Below, piece after piece: positions 17,337-26,084 of a stretch of 35,482 bases of DNA. Below the pieces are notes generated by a model. The model had not been told where the DNA came from, ran no database searches, and saw only the letters and a list, made by a program, of their open reading frames with translations. The translations under genes were made by a program, and so were the position numbers. The stretch is taken from the NCBI GenBank assembly GCA_964515325.1, contig CAZESO010000001.1, positions 1 to 35,482 on the forward strand, written 5' to 3'. The stretch's first letter is position 1. Each line of letters begins with the position of its first letter. The stretch is from an uncultured Roseburia sp. (GTDB lineage: Bacteria > Bacillota > Clostridia > Lachnospirales > Lachnospiraceae).

Positions 17337-18671
17337 TTAAGTGGTCAGTTTATACAACATCCATTTCTCACTTTTGTACCGTATAAGGAAGAATACTACT
17401 CGTACGACCCAATCTATAAACATTGATATCCATACACCGAGTAATCCTATTTCTAATACTTCTACAAATAAAAAGCTGAAGAAAATTCTGCATATCCACA
17501 TAGATGCAATTGAAACTATCATTGGATATTTTACATCACCGGCAGCACGAAGTGCGCTTGGGAACACAAATGAAAGTGGCCATATGGTCATAGCTACAAT
17601 GCTATGTATGGATATAATGAGTACGGCAAGGGATGTAGCTTCTGCTGAAACATTTCCAAATAATCCCACAATTCCTTTTACGAATATTAAGCAAATAACA
17701 TTTGTGCTTATCATTGCTCCATAAGCAATTTTCATTAACTTTTTAATGTTGTATTTAGCGCTATCATAATCGTTGGCACCAACACATTGTCCAACAACAG
17801 TTACCATGGCAAGAGAAAGGGCTTGTCCTGGAATATTTGGCAATTCCACAACGGTACTTACAATGGAATGAGCGGCAATTTGTGCAGTTGCAAGTCCTGA
17901 TATAAATACCTGAACAATTATTTTACCAAGCTGGAACATAGCGCTTTCTAAACCATTAGGAACGCCAATTCTAAGAATTTTCTTCATTGTATCTTTGTGA
18001 AAACCAAATCGATAATACTTATCTATATGTATATCATTATTTTGATTTCTAATAAGCATAAGCATTATAAATGCTGCCACAAAACGAGAAACAAGAGTTG
18101 GGATGGCAATGCCTTCCACGCCCATTTTAACAACATAAATTAATAATGCATTTCCAACAATATTAATACCATTCATTAAAAAAGAAATCTTCATTGAAAT
18201 GGAAGAATTTCCCATAGCTCTAAAAAGTGCGGCACCACCATTGTATATGCCAAGGAATGGAAATGAAAGAGCCGTAACAAAAAAGTAAGTGTTAGCATGT
18301 TTCATAACCGCCGGTTCTACCTGTCCGATAAGGAGATTTAATAGCGGTTTCTTAAATATAAGGGCAAGAGCAGTGATGGCAACAGATACCACAATTACCA
18401 TTAACATAAGCTGGTTGGCAACTATATTGCAGGCTTCCTTATTTTTATGTCCGAGATATTGTGATGCTACAACTGCGCCACCTGTAGCCAATGCGCTAAA
18501 TGTAACAATGAGAAGTATATTTATGGTGTTGACAAGTGAAACGCCGGACATGGCAGCTTCACCTAAAACTGAAACCATAAATACATCTATTAACCCAACG
18601 AGAACAGCAAGAGTTTGTTCAACGATGAGGGGAATTATTAATTTTTTTAAATCCTTATTTGTAAATGTCAT
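17337..18671 (-). CDS. MATE-family efflux transporter
   Basis: 444 aa with about 12 hydrophobic segments and a typical MATE N-terminus (LIIPLIVEQTLAVLVGLIDVFMVS). GGAGG RBS upstream. Confidence 0.88.
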   Translation of the reverse strand: MTFTNKDLKKLIIPLIVEQTLAVLVGLIDVFMVSVLGEAAMSGVSLVNTINILLIVTFSALATGGAVVASQYLGHKNKEACNIVANQLMLMVIVVSVAITALALIFKKPLLNLLIGQVEPAVMKHANTYFFVTALSFPFLGIYNGGAALFRAMGNSSISMKISFLMNGINIVGNALLIYVVKMGVEGIAIPTLVSRFVAAFIMLMLIRNQNNDIHIDKYYRFGFHKDTMKKILRIGVPNGLESAMFQLGKIIVQVFISGLATAQIAAHSIVSTVVELPNIPGQALSLAMVTVVGQCVGANDYDSAKYNIKKLMKIAYGAMISTNVICLIFVKGIVGLFGNVSAEATSLAVLIISIHSIVAMTIWPLSFVFPSALRAAGDVKYPMIVSIASMWICRIFFSFLFVEVLEIGLLGVWISMFIDWVVRVVFFLIRYKSEKWMLYKLTT

Positions 18672-18698
18672 ATTTTGCCTCCTGGGATTAGAACCCTA

Positions 18699-18737
18699 GT
18701 ACTTGATTATAAAACTTATGATTAAAAAATCAAGTAC
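18699..18737 (-). promoter_or_regulatory. MATE promoter embedded in a 10-bp inverted repeat (candidate operator)
   Basis: gtacttgatt (18699-18708) / aatcaagtac (18728-18737). On the minus strand TTGATT, 16-nt spacer, TATAAT, with the -35 and -10 hexamers each overlapping one repeat arm. Confidence 0.35.
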
Positions 18738-18895
18738 AATATGTTATAATTGACGTAAGAAGAATATAGTGAAGAACGATTGTGTTAAGAATAAGCTTAG
18801 GTTTATGGTGTAGAAGAGGAAATGAAAAACAATACTTTAGAATTGGAGGTCTTTATGAAAAAGAAAATTATTATAAGTGTTTTAGCTTTTTTGTC

Positions 18896-19708
18896 TTATT
18901 TCAACCTACAACTATCAAATATAAACAAATCAAATTTATCCTTAGATTCTTCATATTGTTCCTGACTTCTGATTGTCCATGCAACTCTTAAAGCACCAAG
19001 CTTTCCACATAACCGTCTTGAGATATTATTGGCATCAAAATGTTTATATGCAATAAAGTCAGGTCTTGTTGCAACATTTGTCAGCAAGTATGTAAGGAAA
19101 ACATAAAGAAGTTTTCCTTTATACTTTTTGTCCTTTCCAAAGTTCATAGAAAGCTGACCTCGAACAACATCCGGACGATTTTTTCTATACCACATAAGTG
19201 CTAATGGATGGAATGACTCTATGCAGTATGGACCATTGTAATTTTTTAAAAGTTCATTAGCAAGTTTACACACTTCATTACTTGGAACGTCCAGCTTATA
19301 TTCTATAATAATAGGAACATTTCCACCTATAACCTCTAATGCTTCTGCAAAGGTTGGAATGGTTTCGTGAGAATTTAAAAGCTTAAAACTCTTAAGCTCA
19401 GCCAAAGTGTAATCCCAAACATTTCCATCAAAGCCGCACATTCTTTTTAAGGTTGCATCATGGAATACCACAGGAACTTTGTCTTTGCTAAGTTGTACAT
19501 CTAATTCTATTCCGTACCCATTTTCTACGGCATTTCTAAAAGCTGTAAGAGAATTCTCAGGAGCTTCAGAAGTATTATCAAAGAGTCCGCGATGAGCATA
19601 TAAATGCTTCATCAGATGAGCTCTGGAAGGTTTATTTACAGTTCTTGGAAATATTAGAAAAATATACAACATGAAAAGGATAATTATTGTTAAAAAAATA
19701 TATATCAT
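18896..19708 (-). CDS. glycerophosphodiester phosphodiesterase family protein with an N-terminal membrane anchor
   Basis: AHRG..ENSLTAFRNAVENGYGIELDVQLSKDKVPVVFHD is the GDPD catalytic signature. N-terminal helix IYIFLTIIILFMLYIFLIF. Confidence 0.85.
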   Translation of the reverse strand: MIYIFLTIIILFMLYIFLIFPRTVNKPSRAHLMKHLYAHRGLFDNTSEAPENSLTAFRNAVENGYGIELDVQLSKDKVPVVFHDATLKRMCGFDGNVWDYTLAELKSFKLLNSHETIPTFAEALEVIGGNVPIIIEYKLDVPSNEVCKLANELLKNYNGPYCIESFHPLALMWYRKNRPDVVRGQLSMNFGKDKKYKGKLLYVFLTYLLTNVATRPDFIAYKHFDANNISRRLCGKLGALRVAWTIRSQEQYEESKDKFDLFIFDSCRLK

Positions 19709-19884
19709 ACAAACCTCTCTGAAATTAATCGTATATATAAAAGTTAAAAAGTAATACCAATTATATCATATATAGAATAAAAATGTTTAAAATTTGAGTA
19801 AAAAACATTGTAAAATATGTGAAATTGGATTAGAATTATAGTATATGTTTTGTGTGAAAAATTAAGAATGAGAGAGATGAGATT

Positions 19885-22092
19885 ATGGGTGAAATAAGGA
19901 ATAGAGTAATCCGTATTGTATTGCTGACTCTTTTGGGCATTGCAGCTGGGTTTGCAGTATGGGGTTGCGTTGACCGTATATCAAATGAATTAAGTGAACA
20001 AATGCAGTCAACATTGGAGGATGTTGCTGTACAGAATAAGCTTGTAATTCAGGGAGAAATTAATGAAAAGCAGAAATTTCTTGAAGGAATTGCAGGTGAT
20101 TTACAGAGTACTTATAATGATAATCAGCTTATTATAGAGCATTTGCAATCGTTTACGGAAGTATTTGGTTTTAAGCGAATGGGTTATATTGATTTAAATG
20201 GTGATGCTGTTACAACAGATGGTTATACAGCAGATCTTAGTGATGAAAACCATTTTAAGGCAGGATTGCAGGGAAGAAATTACATAACAGGTGTGTTGAA
20301 GGAGAAATTGGGAGAAGCGGAGGCTATAAATGTTATGACTGTTCCTGTGTATTCCACAGAGAATACAGTTGAAGGAGTTTTGTTTGCAACATATCAGACT
20401 GAACGATTGAGAAATTTATTAGATGTAGAATCGTTTGATGGCAAGGGAACCACACTGGTAGTAACTTCTAATGGTGAATTGATAGCAGAAACAGGTGTAA
20501 ATTCATTTGATGAGCAAATGGATTTGTTTGATTATATTTTGACTATGAATGGAGATAATAATGAATTAGTATCAGAATTAAAGGTTGATTTAAAGCAGGG
20601 TAGAAGCCTAAATGTTATGGTTGAGGGTGATACAGACAGATTTATGTATTTTGAACCTTTGAATTTTGAAGTGGATAATCAAAAGTGTTATATAGTTACA
20701 ATTTTGCCTGAAAGTGTGTTAACAGAAAGAATAAAAAATGTGGGATATCATCTTGAAAGATTTATGGTGATAATGTTTGCAATACTGGTTGTTGCTTTTG
20801 TTTTAACGGTATATTCATATGTTAAACAGAGCAGAAAGGTAGTAGAACTGGCATATTCAGATAAGATAACAGGCGGTAAAAATTACGCATATTTTATTCA
20901 AAAACTTAAGCAACATAAAGAAAAAAGTGGCTATATAGTGGCTATGGATATAGATGAATTTAGAATTATAAATAATATCTGTGGAGTTAAGACCGGTGAT
21001 AAGCTTCTTAAAAGAATATGGAAGATTCTGAAAAGAAATATCAAAATAACAGAATGTCATGCAAGGGTCAACGCAGACAGATTTATTATATTCTTTGAAA
21101 ATGATAATAAAGAAAATGTTGCTGCAAGATTTGCGAAGATTACAGAGGAGATACTCAAGGAAGAGGGATTACTGAATATTCCTAAGGTTATGCCATATTT
21201 TGGTGTATATCCTATTATTAATTTTGAAAATATTGAGAGTGCATACGGCTATGCTAATCAGGCTAAACATACAGTCAAAGGCCAGCATAAAGCTAATTTT
21301 TGTTTCTATGAAGATGGTGATTATCAGGATAGAATTGAATTGAAACGCCTTGAAGATGGATTTGAGGATGCCATAGAGGACAGACGGTTTGAAGTATGGT
21401 ATCAGCCAAAGTTTGATACAAAGAATTCTCGGGTGGTTAGTGCTGAAGCATTAGTTCGCTGGAGGGCAGTTGATGGAAGTTTAATTTCACCGGGCAAATT
21501 TATACCATTATTCGAGAAGAATGGTATGATTTCTACATTGGATGAGTATGTGTTTGATGAAGTTTGCAGAAGACAGAAGAAGTGGAGTGATGAAGGAAGA
21601 AGAATGCTTCCGGTTTCTGTAAATATATCAAGAGCCAGTCTGTACTATGAAAATGTTGCGAAGAAGTACAGAAAGATTGTGGATTCATATGGGCTTGATG
21701 TGAAACTTGTTCAATTAGAAATTACAGAAAGTGCAACTATTGAAAATGAAGATATACACAATTTAGTTGATGAATTTCATAAGGAGGGCTTTACATTATT
21801 ACTTGATGATTTTGGAAATGGTTATTCGTCATTGTCGAGTCTTAATGAATTACAGTTTGATGTGTTGAAGCTCGATAAGAGTCTGGTTGATCATATTGGT
21901 GACAGAAAGGGTGAAACCTTGCTTGTTCATATTGTCAGGTTGGCACAGCAATTGGGGCTTCATATTACGGCTGAAGGTGTTGAGACTAAGGAACAGGTAG
22001 ATTTTTTGAAGACTCTTGAGTGTGATGACATTCAGGGATATTATTTCTCAAAACCATTACCAAATAAGGATTATGAAGTGATGTTGGTGTAA
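19885..22092 (+). CDS. membrane sensor (Cache-like extracytoplasmic domain) with a degenerate GGDEF and an EAL domain; probable c-di-GMP phosphodiesterase
   Basis: Two TM helices flank a ~270-aa extracytoplasmic domain. The GGDEF position reads NADRF (21070-21084). EAL motifs are intact: EAL (21445-21453), DDFGNGYSSL, EGVET, QGYYFSKP. Confidence 0.88.
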   Translation: MGEIRNRVIRIVLLTLLGIAAGFAVWGCVDRISNELSEQMQSTLEDVAVQNKLVIQGEINEKQKFLEGIAGDLQSTYNDNQLIIEHLQSFTEVFGFKRMGYIDLNGDAVTTDGYTADLSDENHFKAGLQGRNYITGVLKEKLGEAEAINVMTVPVYSTENTVEGVLFATYQTERLRNLLDVESFDGKGTTLVVTSNGELIAETGVNSFDEQMDLFDYILTMNGDNNELVSELKVDLKQGRSLNVMVEGDTDRFMYFEPLNFEVDNQKCYIVTILPESVLTERIKNVGYHLERFMVIMFAILVVAFVLTVYSYVKQSRKVVELAYSDKITGGKNYAYFIQKLKQHKEKSGYIVAMDIDEFRIINNICGVKTGDKLLKRIWKILKRNIKITECHARVNADRFIIFFENDNKENVAARFAKITEEILKEEGLLNIPKVMPYFGVYPIINFENIESAYGYANQAKHTVKGQHKANFCFYEDGDYQDRIELKRLEDGFEDAIEDRRFEVWYQPKFDTKNSRVVSAEALVRWRAVDGSLISPGKFIPLFEKNGMISTLDEYVFDEVCRRQKKWSDEGRRMLPVSVNISRASLYYENVAKKYRKIVDSYGLDVKLVQLEITESATIENEDIHNLVDEFHKEGFTLLLDDFGNGYSSLSSLNELQFDVLKLDKSLVDHIGDRKGETLLVHIVRLAQQLGLHITAEGVETKEQVDFLKTLECDDIQGYYFSKPLPNKDYEVMLV

Positions 22093-22120
22093 TGATTTGG
22101 TACGAAATATGGAGGTATAG

Positions 22121-22903
22121 ATGAAAAATTATTTAAACAGTGTAAATGCAGGCTATTTTTACCTTATAGTGGCATTGGTATTGGCATTTGTTGTGGCAAT
22201 GTGTGTAATATTTCTGGTAAAGAGCTACAAAGCGGGGATAAAGCTTGGAATGGACAAAAAGGTCCTTAAAAAGACAATAATGTCCAGTGCCACATTTACA
22301 CTATTGCCATCGATTAGTATATTGTTGGGAGTTATTGCTTTGAGCGGAACCTTGGGAGTACCTTTTTCATGGCTTAGATTATCGGTAGTAGGTTCTTTAC
22401 AATATGAGCTTAATGTGGCAGAAATAGCTGCCCAAAGCTTAGGACTTGAGGGATTGAAAGTGTCTGAGCTCAGTACAGAAGCATTTGTGACGATTGCATT
22501 GGTTATGACTATTGGTATTTTGGGAGGCGTATGCTGTTGTATATTCTTTCTTAAAAAATATATGACAAAGCTTAACAGTAAGCCGAAGAAAGAAAAAGAT
22601 AAAAAAGACGCTGAAGATGAGTCGGCAAAAAATGCAAAAAAAACTGGTTTTGGTGCATATGCAACTACAGCTATGTTTGTCGGTTTATGTGCGGCGTATA
22701 TTGGTTCATATATAGGTAAAGCTGTTCCGAGGGAAGGGTCAGATATAATGCCATTAATAGTGGCTATTATTGCAGCTATATGTATGGGAGTGTTCGAGTA
22801 TTTTATTCAAAAGAAGAATATGAAGACTCTTGAAAATTTCAGTCTTGCGGCAAGTATGCTGATAGCTATGGCAGCAGCTGTGATTATTCAGTTGGTTATG
22901 TAA
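22121..22903 (+). CDS. uncharacterised polytopic membrane protein with a K/E/D-rich loop
   Basis: 260 aa with GGAGG RBS. Multiple hydrophobic helices and a charged loop KPKKEKDKKDAEDESAKNAKK. I recognise no catalytic motif. Confidence 0.6.
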   Translation: MKNYLNSVNAGYFYLIVALVLAFVVAMCVIFLVKSYKAGIKLGMDKKVLKKTIMSSATFTLLPSISILLGVIALSGTLGVPFSWLRLSVVGSLQYELNVAEIAAQSLGLEGLKVSELSTEAFVTIALVMTIGILGGVCCCIFFLKKYMTKLNSKPKKEKDKKDAEDESAKNAKKTGFGAYATTAMFVGLCAAYIGSYIGKAVPREGSDIMPLIVAIIAAICMGVFEYFIQKKNMKTLENFSLAASMLIAMAAAVIIQLVM

Positions 22904-22918
22904 GGAGGTGGAGCTGTT

Positions 22919-23605
22919 ATGAAGAATAATATTAATGAGAAAGACAAGTTTTTTGAAGAATTTAGTAATAGTCTCCATAGATTGGGAAGAATTATGTTGA
23001 TTCTTGCAATTATATTGTTGACGGCAGTGCCATTTGTATTTGGCGCAGTTAATGGGGTTTCTGTTGATTTGAAAGGATTTTTGAGTGGTTTTGCAAAGGT
23101 TGGAATTATATATATTCCAGTGGCGATAGTAGAATTTCTTGTATATGCACCAATGCTTGGTATTGGTGGAAGTTATCTTTCGTTTTTGACAGGTAATGTA
23201 ACCAATATGAAGATTCCTTGTGTTATGAATTCTAAAGACATTGCAGGAACAGAAAGTGGTACGGTTGAGCATGAGATTATTTCAACCATAAGTGTTGCAA
23301 CTAGTGCTATTGTAACTACACTTGTAGTTGTAGTGGGTGTTATTTTATTAGTTCCACTTCAACCGGTGTTGAACAGTGAAGTTTTAGCTCCTGCATTTGC
23401 AAATGTAGTACCGGCTTTATTTGGAGCACTGGGATTAAAATATTTTGCAAAGAGTCTTAAAATAACAGTAATTCCGTTGGTTTTGATGACTTTGTTGTGT
23501 GTGTTTGTACCATCAATGATAAGTCAAACAAGTATACTGCTGTTGCCCAGTGGAGGATTAGCGTTGGTTATAGCTTTGGTGTTGTATAAGAAGAATAAGT
23601 TATAA
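22919..23605 (+). CDS. uncharacterised polytopic membrane protein
   Basis: 228 aa with AAGGAGG RBS, starting 15 nt after the previous gene. Multiple hydrophobic helices. Confidence 0.6.
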   Translation: MKNNINEKDKFFEEFSNSLHRLGRIMLILAIILLTAVPFVFGAVNGVSVDLKGFLSGFAKVGIIYIPVAIVEFLVYAPMLGIGGSYLSFLTGNVTNMKIPCVMNSKDIAGTESGTVEHEIISTISVATSAIVTTLVVVVGVILLVPLQPVLNSEVLAPAFANVVPALFGALGLKYFAKSLKITVIPLVLMTLLCVFVPSMISQTSILLLPSGGLALVIALVLYKKNKL

Positions 23606-23618
23606 AAGGAAACAAAGG

Positions 23619-25058
23619 ATGAAGATATTTTTAGTTATTTTTGTGGTAGTTATTATACTTGCTACAATATTAGTTTTAAGAGCCTTAATGCTGAAACCAA
23701 CAAGTGCAGCCAATGCCAGCATCAAGCCTGACACATCTGACAGAGCCATGAAGTATGGGAAAAATCTTTCGAGGATGGTACAAAAGGAAACTGTGTCATC
23801 CAGATTTGATGATGATAGGACTAAGTTTTATGAATTTCATAAGCTGTTGGAGGAGTTGTATCCAAATGTTCATAGAGTTTGTGAGAAAAATGTTTTTGAT
23901 GGCAGCTTGTTGTTTAAATGGACTGGAAGTGGTGAGGCAAAACCAATTATGTTTATGAGTCATCATGATGTTGTTGAGGCAAATGGCCAATGGGAACATG
24001 AGCCGTTTAGTGGAGATATAGATAAAGATGGAATTGTGTGGGGCAGAGGAACAGTAGATACAAAGGCTAGTTTGAGTTGTATGCTTCAAGCCGTTGAAGA
24101 ACTTATAGAAAGTGGCTTTAAACCAAAGTGTGATGTTTATATAGGAAGCAGTTGTACGGAGGAATGGAGTGGTCCGGGGGCTCCTGCAACAGCTAAGTTT
24201 CTTGAAAGTAATGGTGTAAAACTGGAATTGTTATTAGATGAAGGTGGAATGATAATCGAGGAGCCAATAAAGGGCGTAAAGGGAATTTATGCCATGGTCG
24301 GTGTTGTGGAGAAGGGGTATGGCGATCTAAAATTCATCGCAAGAGGAAGTGGCGGACATGCAAGTGCACCTAAGAAAAACACACCGCTTGTAAGACTTGG
24401 TAAATTTATGGCAGATGTTGATGGTAAAAGTCCATTTAGGGCACGGATGACACCCACAATATGTGAGATGTTTAAACGTTTTGCTCCAAATATGAACTTT
24501 GGAATAAAAATAATATTTGCAAATATGTGGTTATTTAAACCTTTACTTGAAAGAATTTTACCTGACATAAATTCTCTTTCCGGAGCAATGGTTAGAACTT
24601 CAATAGCGTTTACTAAAGCATCAGGCTCAGAAGGTCTTAATGTTTTGCCGCAGGAAGCTTTTGTTACTGCAAATATGAGATTTATACATCATCAGTCCAA
24701 TAAAGAAAGTATAGAAGTTATTAGTAAATTAGCCCGAAAATATGATATAGAAACAGAAATAATATATCAGGCTGAGCCATGTCCTATAGTTGATTATACA
24801 AGTGATGCTTTTGCGGTTATTGAAAAGGTGACAAATGAAGTGTATCCGGGAGTGGGCGTTAGTCCTTACATAATGACAGGTGGAACTGATTCGAAATGTT
24901 ATAAAGATGTATGTGATAATTGTATTAGATTCGCACCATTGTACATAACAGGACAACAACATAACAGCATTCATGGTTTGAATGAAAATATTAATCAGGG
25001 AATGTTACCAATGGCGGTAGATTTTTATAAGAAAGTTGTTGAAAGCTATAGCGAATAA
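23619..25058 (+). CDS. M20/M25/M40-family metallopeptidase/amidohydrolase with an N-terminal membrane anchor
   Basis: FMSHHDVV, GRGTVDTKAS and LLLDEGG are M20 metal-ligand motifs. N-terminal helix IFLVIFVVVIILATILVL. Confidence 0.85.
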   Translation: MKIFLVIFVVVIILATILVLRALMLKPTSAANASIKPDTSDRAMKYGKNLSRMVQKETVSSRFDDDRTKFYEFHKLLEELYPNVHRVCEKNVFDGSLLFKWTGSGEAKPIMFMSHHDVVEANGQWEHEPFSGDIDKDGIVWGRGTVDTKASLSCMLQAVEELIESGFKPKCDVYIGSSCTEEWSGPGAPATAKFLESNGVKLELLLDEGGMIIEEPIKGVKGIYAMVGVVEKGYGDLKFIARGSGGHASAPKKNTPLVRLGKFMADVDGKSPFRARMTPTICEMFKRFAPNMNFGIKIIFANMWLFKPLLERILPDINSLSGAMVRTSIAFTKASGSEGLNVLPQEAFVTANMRFIHHQSNKESIEVISKLARKYDIETEIIYQAEPCPIVDYTSDAFAVIEKVTNEVYPGVGVSPYIMTGGTDSKCYKDVCDNCIRFAPLYITGQQHNSIHGLNENINQGMLPMAVDFYKKVVESYSE

Positions 25059-25064
25059 TAAAAG

Positions 25065-25096
25065 AGGCTATACTACGAAATGAAGTAGTATAGCCT
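25065..25096. terminator. bidirectional terminator (M20 gene / thioesterase gene)
   Basis: aggctatactac (25065-25076) / gtagtatagcct (25085-25096), a 12-bp stem flanked by A/T. Lies between convergent genes. Confidence 0.75.
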
Positions 25097-25105
25097 TTAT
25101 GTCAG

Positions 25106-25828
25106 TTAATTTAATACTAAATGGCAGGAAAACTTTTTGTTTCCATTGTCACAAATTCCTTTTGCAAGGATTTCTTTTTCTTTTCGCTCAGTATGTATAT
25201 TTAATTCTGTGCCGGATACAACCTCTTGAATATAATCAACCTGAAATGTTTTAATGCTTTCATTTTCGGAAAGGTTAATGGCATTAAATACATAGTTGGC
25301 ATATTTGGTATTATTTACATGACCATTTATGTCACAATCGCAAAAAGTAGTTTTGACAGTATAAGGTTCTGAATTCAATTCAAAATCTTGAATCTTTTTT
25401 ATCTTTCCCTCAAATGATTTTTCAGTTATGAACCCTTCTTTTATTGGGAAAATATCAGCAACAGTCACTAATTTACGAGTAATGCTGTTTATTACAACCC
25501 ATTCGGAACTGCCTTTAACAAGGATTTCGCCATTCATATCTGTTATAAGATATTCTCTTGTACAAACAATTCTATCGGGTTGCAGAGGCCATGTTTTTAC
25601 ATGTACTGTTTGGTATGTTGAGGGCTGTTTATATATCTCAAATTTAACTTTGGAAAGAACCCAGAGGGTTTCGTTAGCGCTCATTGCATTGAAGCCTATA
25701 CCTAAATCTGTTGCATGACTTGCAGCTATATCTTGAAATATATCAAGAACTGAAGATGCAAGAAGCCTTCCATAACGGTCAAAATCTGAAATTCTCAAAT
25801 AATAGTCTTTTTCAAGTAATACATCCAT
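25106..25828 (-). CDS. acyl-[acyl-carrier-protein] thioesterase (FatA/B-like double hotdog)
   Basis: 240 aa. DFDRYGRL..., a second hotdog with DINGHVNNTKYANYV. AGGAG RBS upstream. Confidence 0.82.
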   Translation of the reverse strand: MDVLLEKDYYLRISDFDRYGRLLASSVLDIFQDIAASHATDLGIGFNAMSANETLWVLSKVKFEIYKQPSTYQTVHVKTWPLQPDRIVCTREYLITDMNGEILVKGSSEWVVINSITRKLVTVADIFPIKEGFITEKSFEGKIKKIQDFELNSEPYTVKTTFCDCDINGHVNNTKYANYVFNAINLSENESIKTFQVDYIQEVVSGTELNIHTERKEKEILAKGICDNGNKKFSCHLVLN

Positions 25829-25969
25829 GTTTATTCATCTCCTAATTAATGTATAAGTGATTATTAATACTGATAATGCTGATTATAACTCTAAAAAAAT
25901 TAAGTTGCAAGAAAATATGAAAGACTAATAAATGTTGGTAGTCTTTTGTGGCTAAAACGGGCTGAAATC

Positions 25970-25998
25970 TTGACTTTTTCTGCATTTTATGGCATAAT
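25970..25998 (+). promoter_or_regulatory. promoter of the symporter/acyl-CoA ligase operon
   Basis: TTGACT (25970-25975), 17-nt spacer, CATAAT (25993-25998), preceded by TGG. Confidence 0.5.
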
Positions 25999-26012
25999 TT
26001 GAGAGGTTTTTA

Positions 26013-26041
26013 TTGCTTTAAAGTGCAACACTTTAAAGCAA
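26013..26041 (+). promoter_or_regulatory. perfect 13-bp-arm palindrome just downstream of the promoter (operator or leader hairpin)
   Basis: ttgctttaaagtg (26013-26025), caa, cactttaaagcaa (26029-26041). Confidence 0.45.
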
Positions 26042-26084
26042 ATTCTGAAATAGAATCATAATATAACAAAGGAGAAGATTTAAA

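Noticed and set aside
18855-18968. 37-codon ORF with a strong GGAGG RBS and a signal-peptide-like start (MKKKIIISVLAFLSYF...)
   Set aside because: Its 3' two-thirds overlap the convergent GDPD gene's 3' end, and the remainder is low complexity. It is possibly the remnant of a truncated secreted or lipoprotein gene, but there is no support for a functional product.
22754-23272. 172-aa minus-strand ORF spanning the junction of the two membrane-protein genes
   Set aside because: It is antisense to two plus-strand ORFs with strong RBSs and clear transmembrane character. Its N/C/H/K-rich composition is not protein-like.
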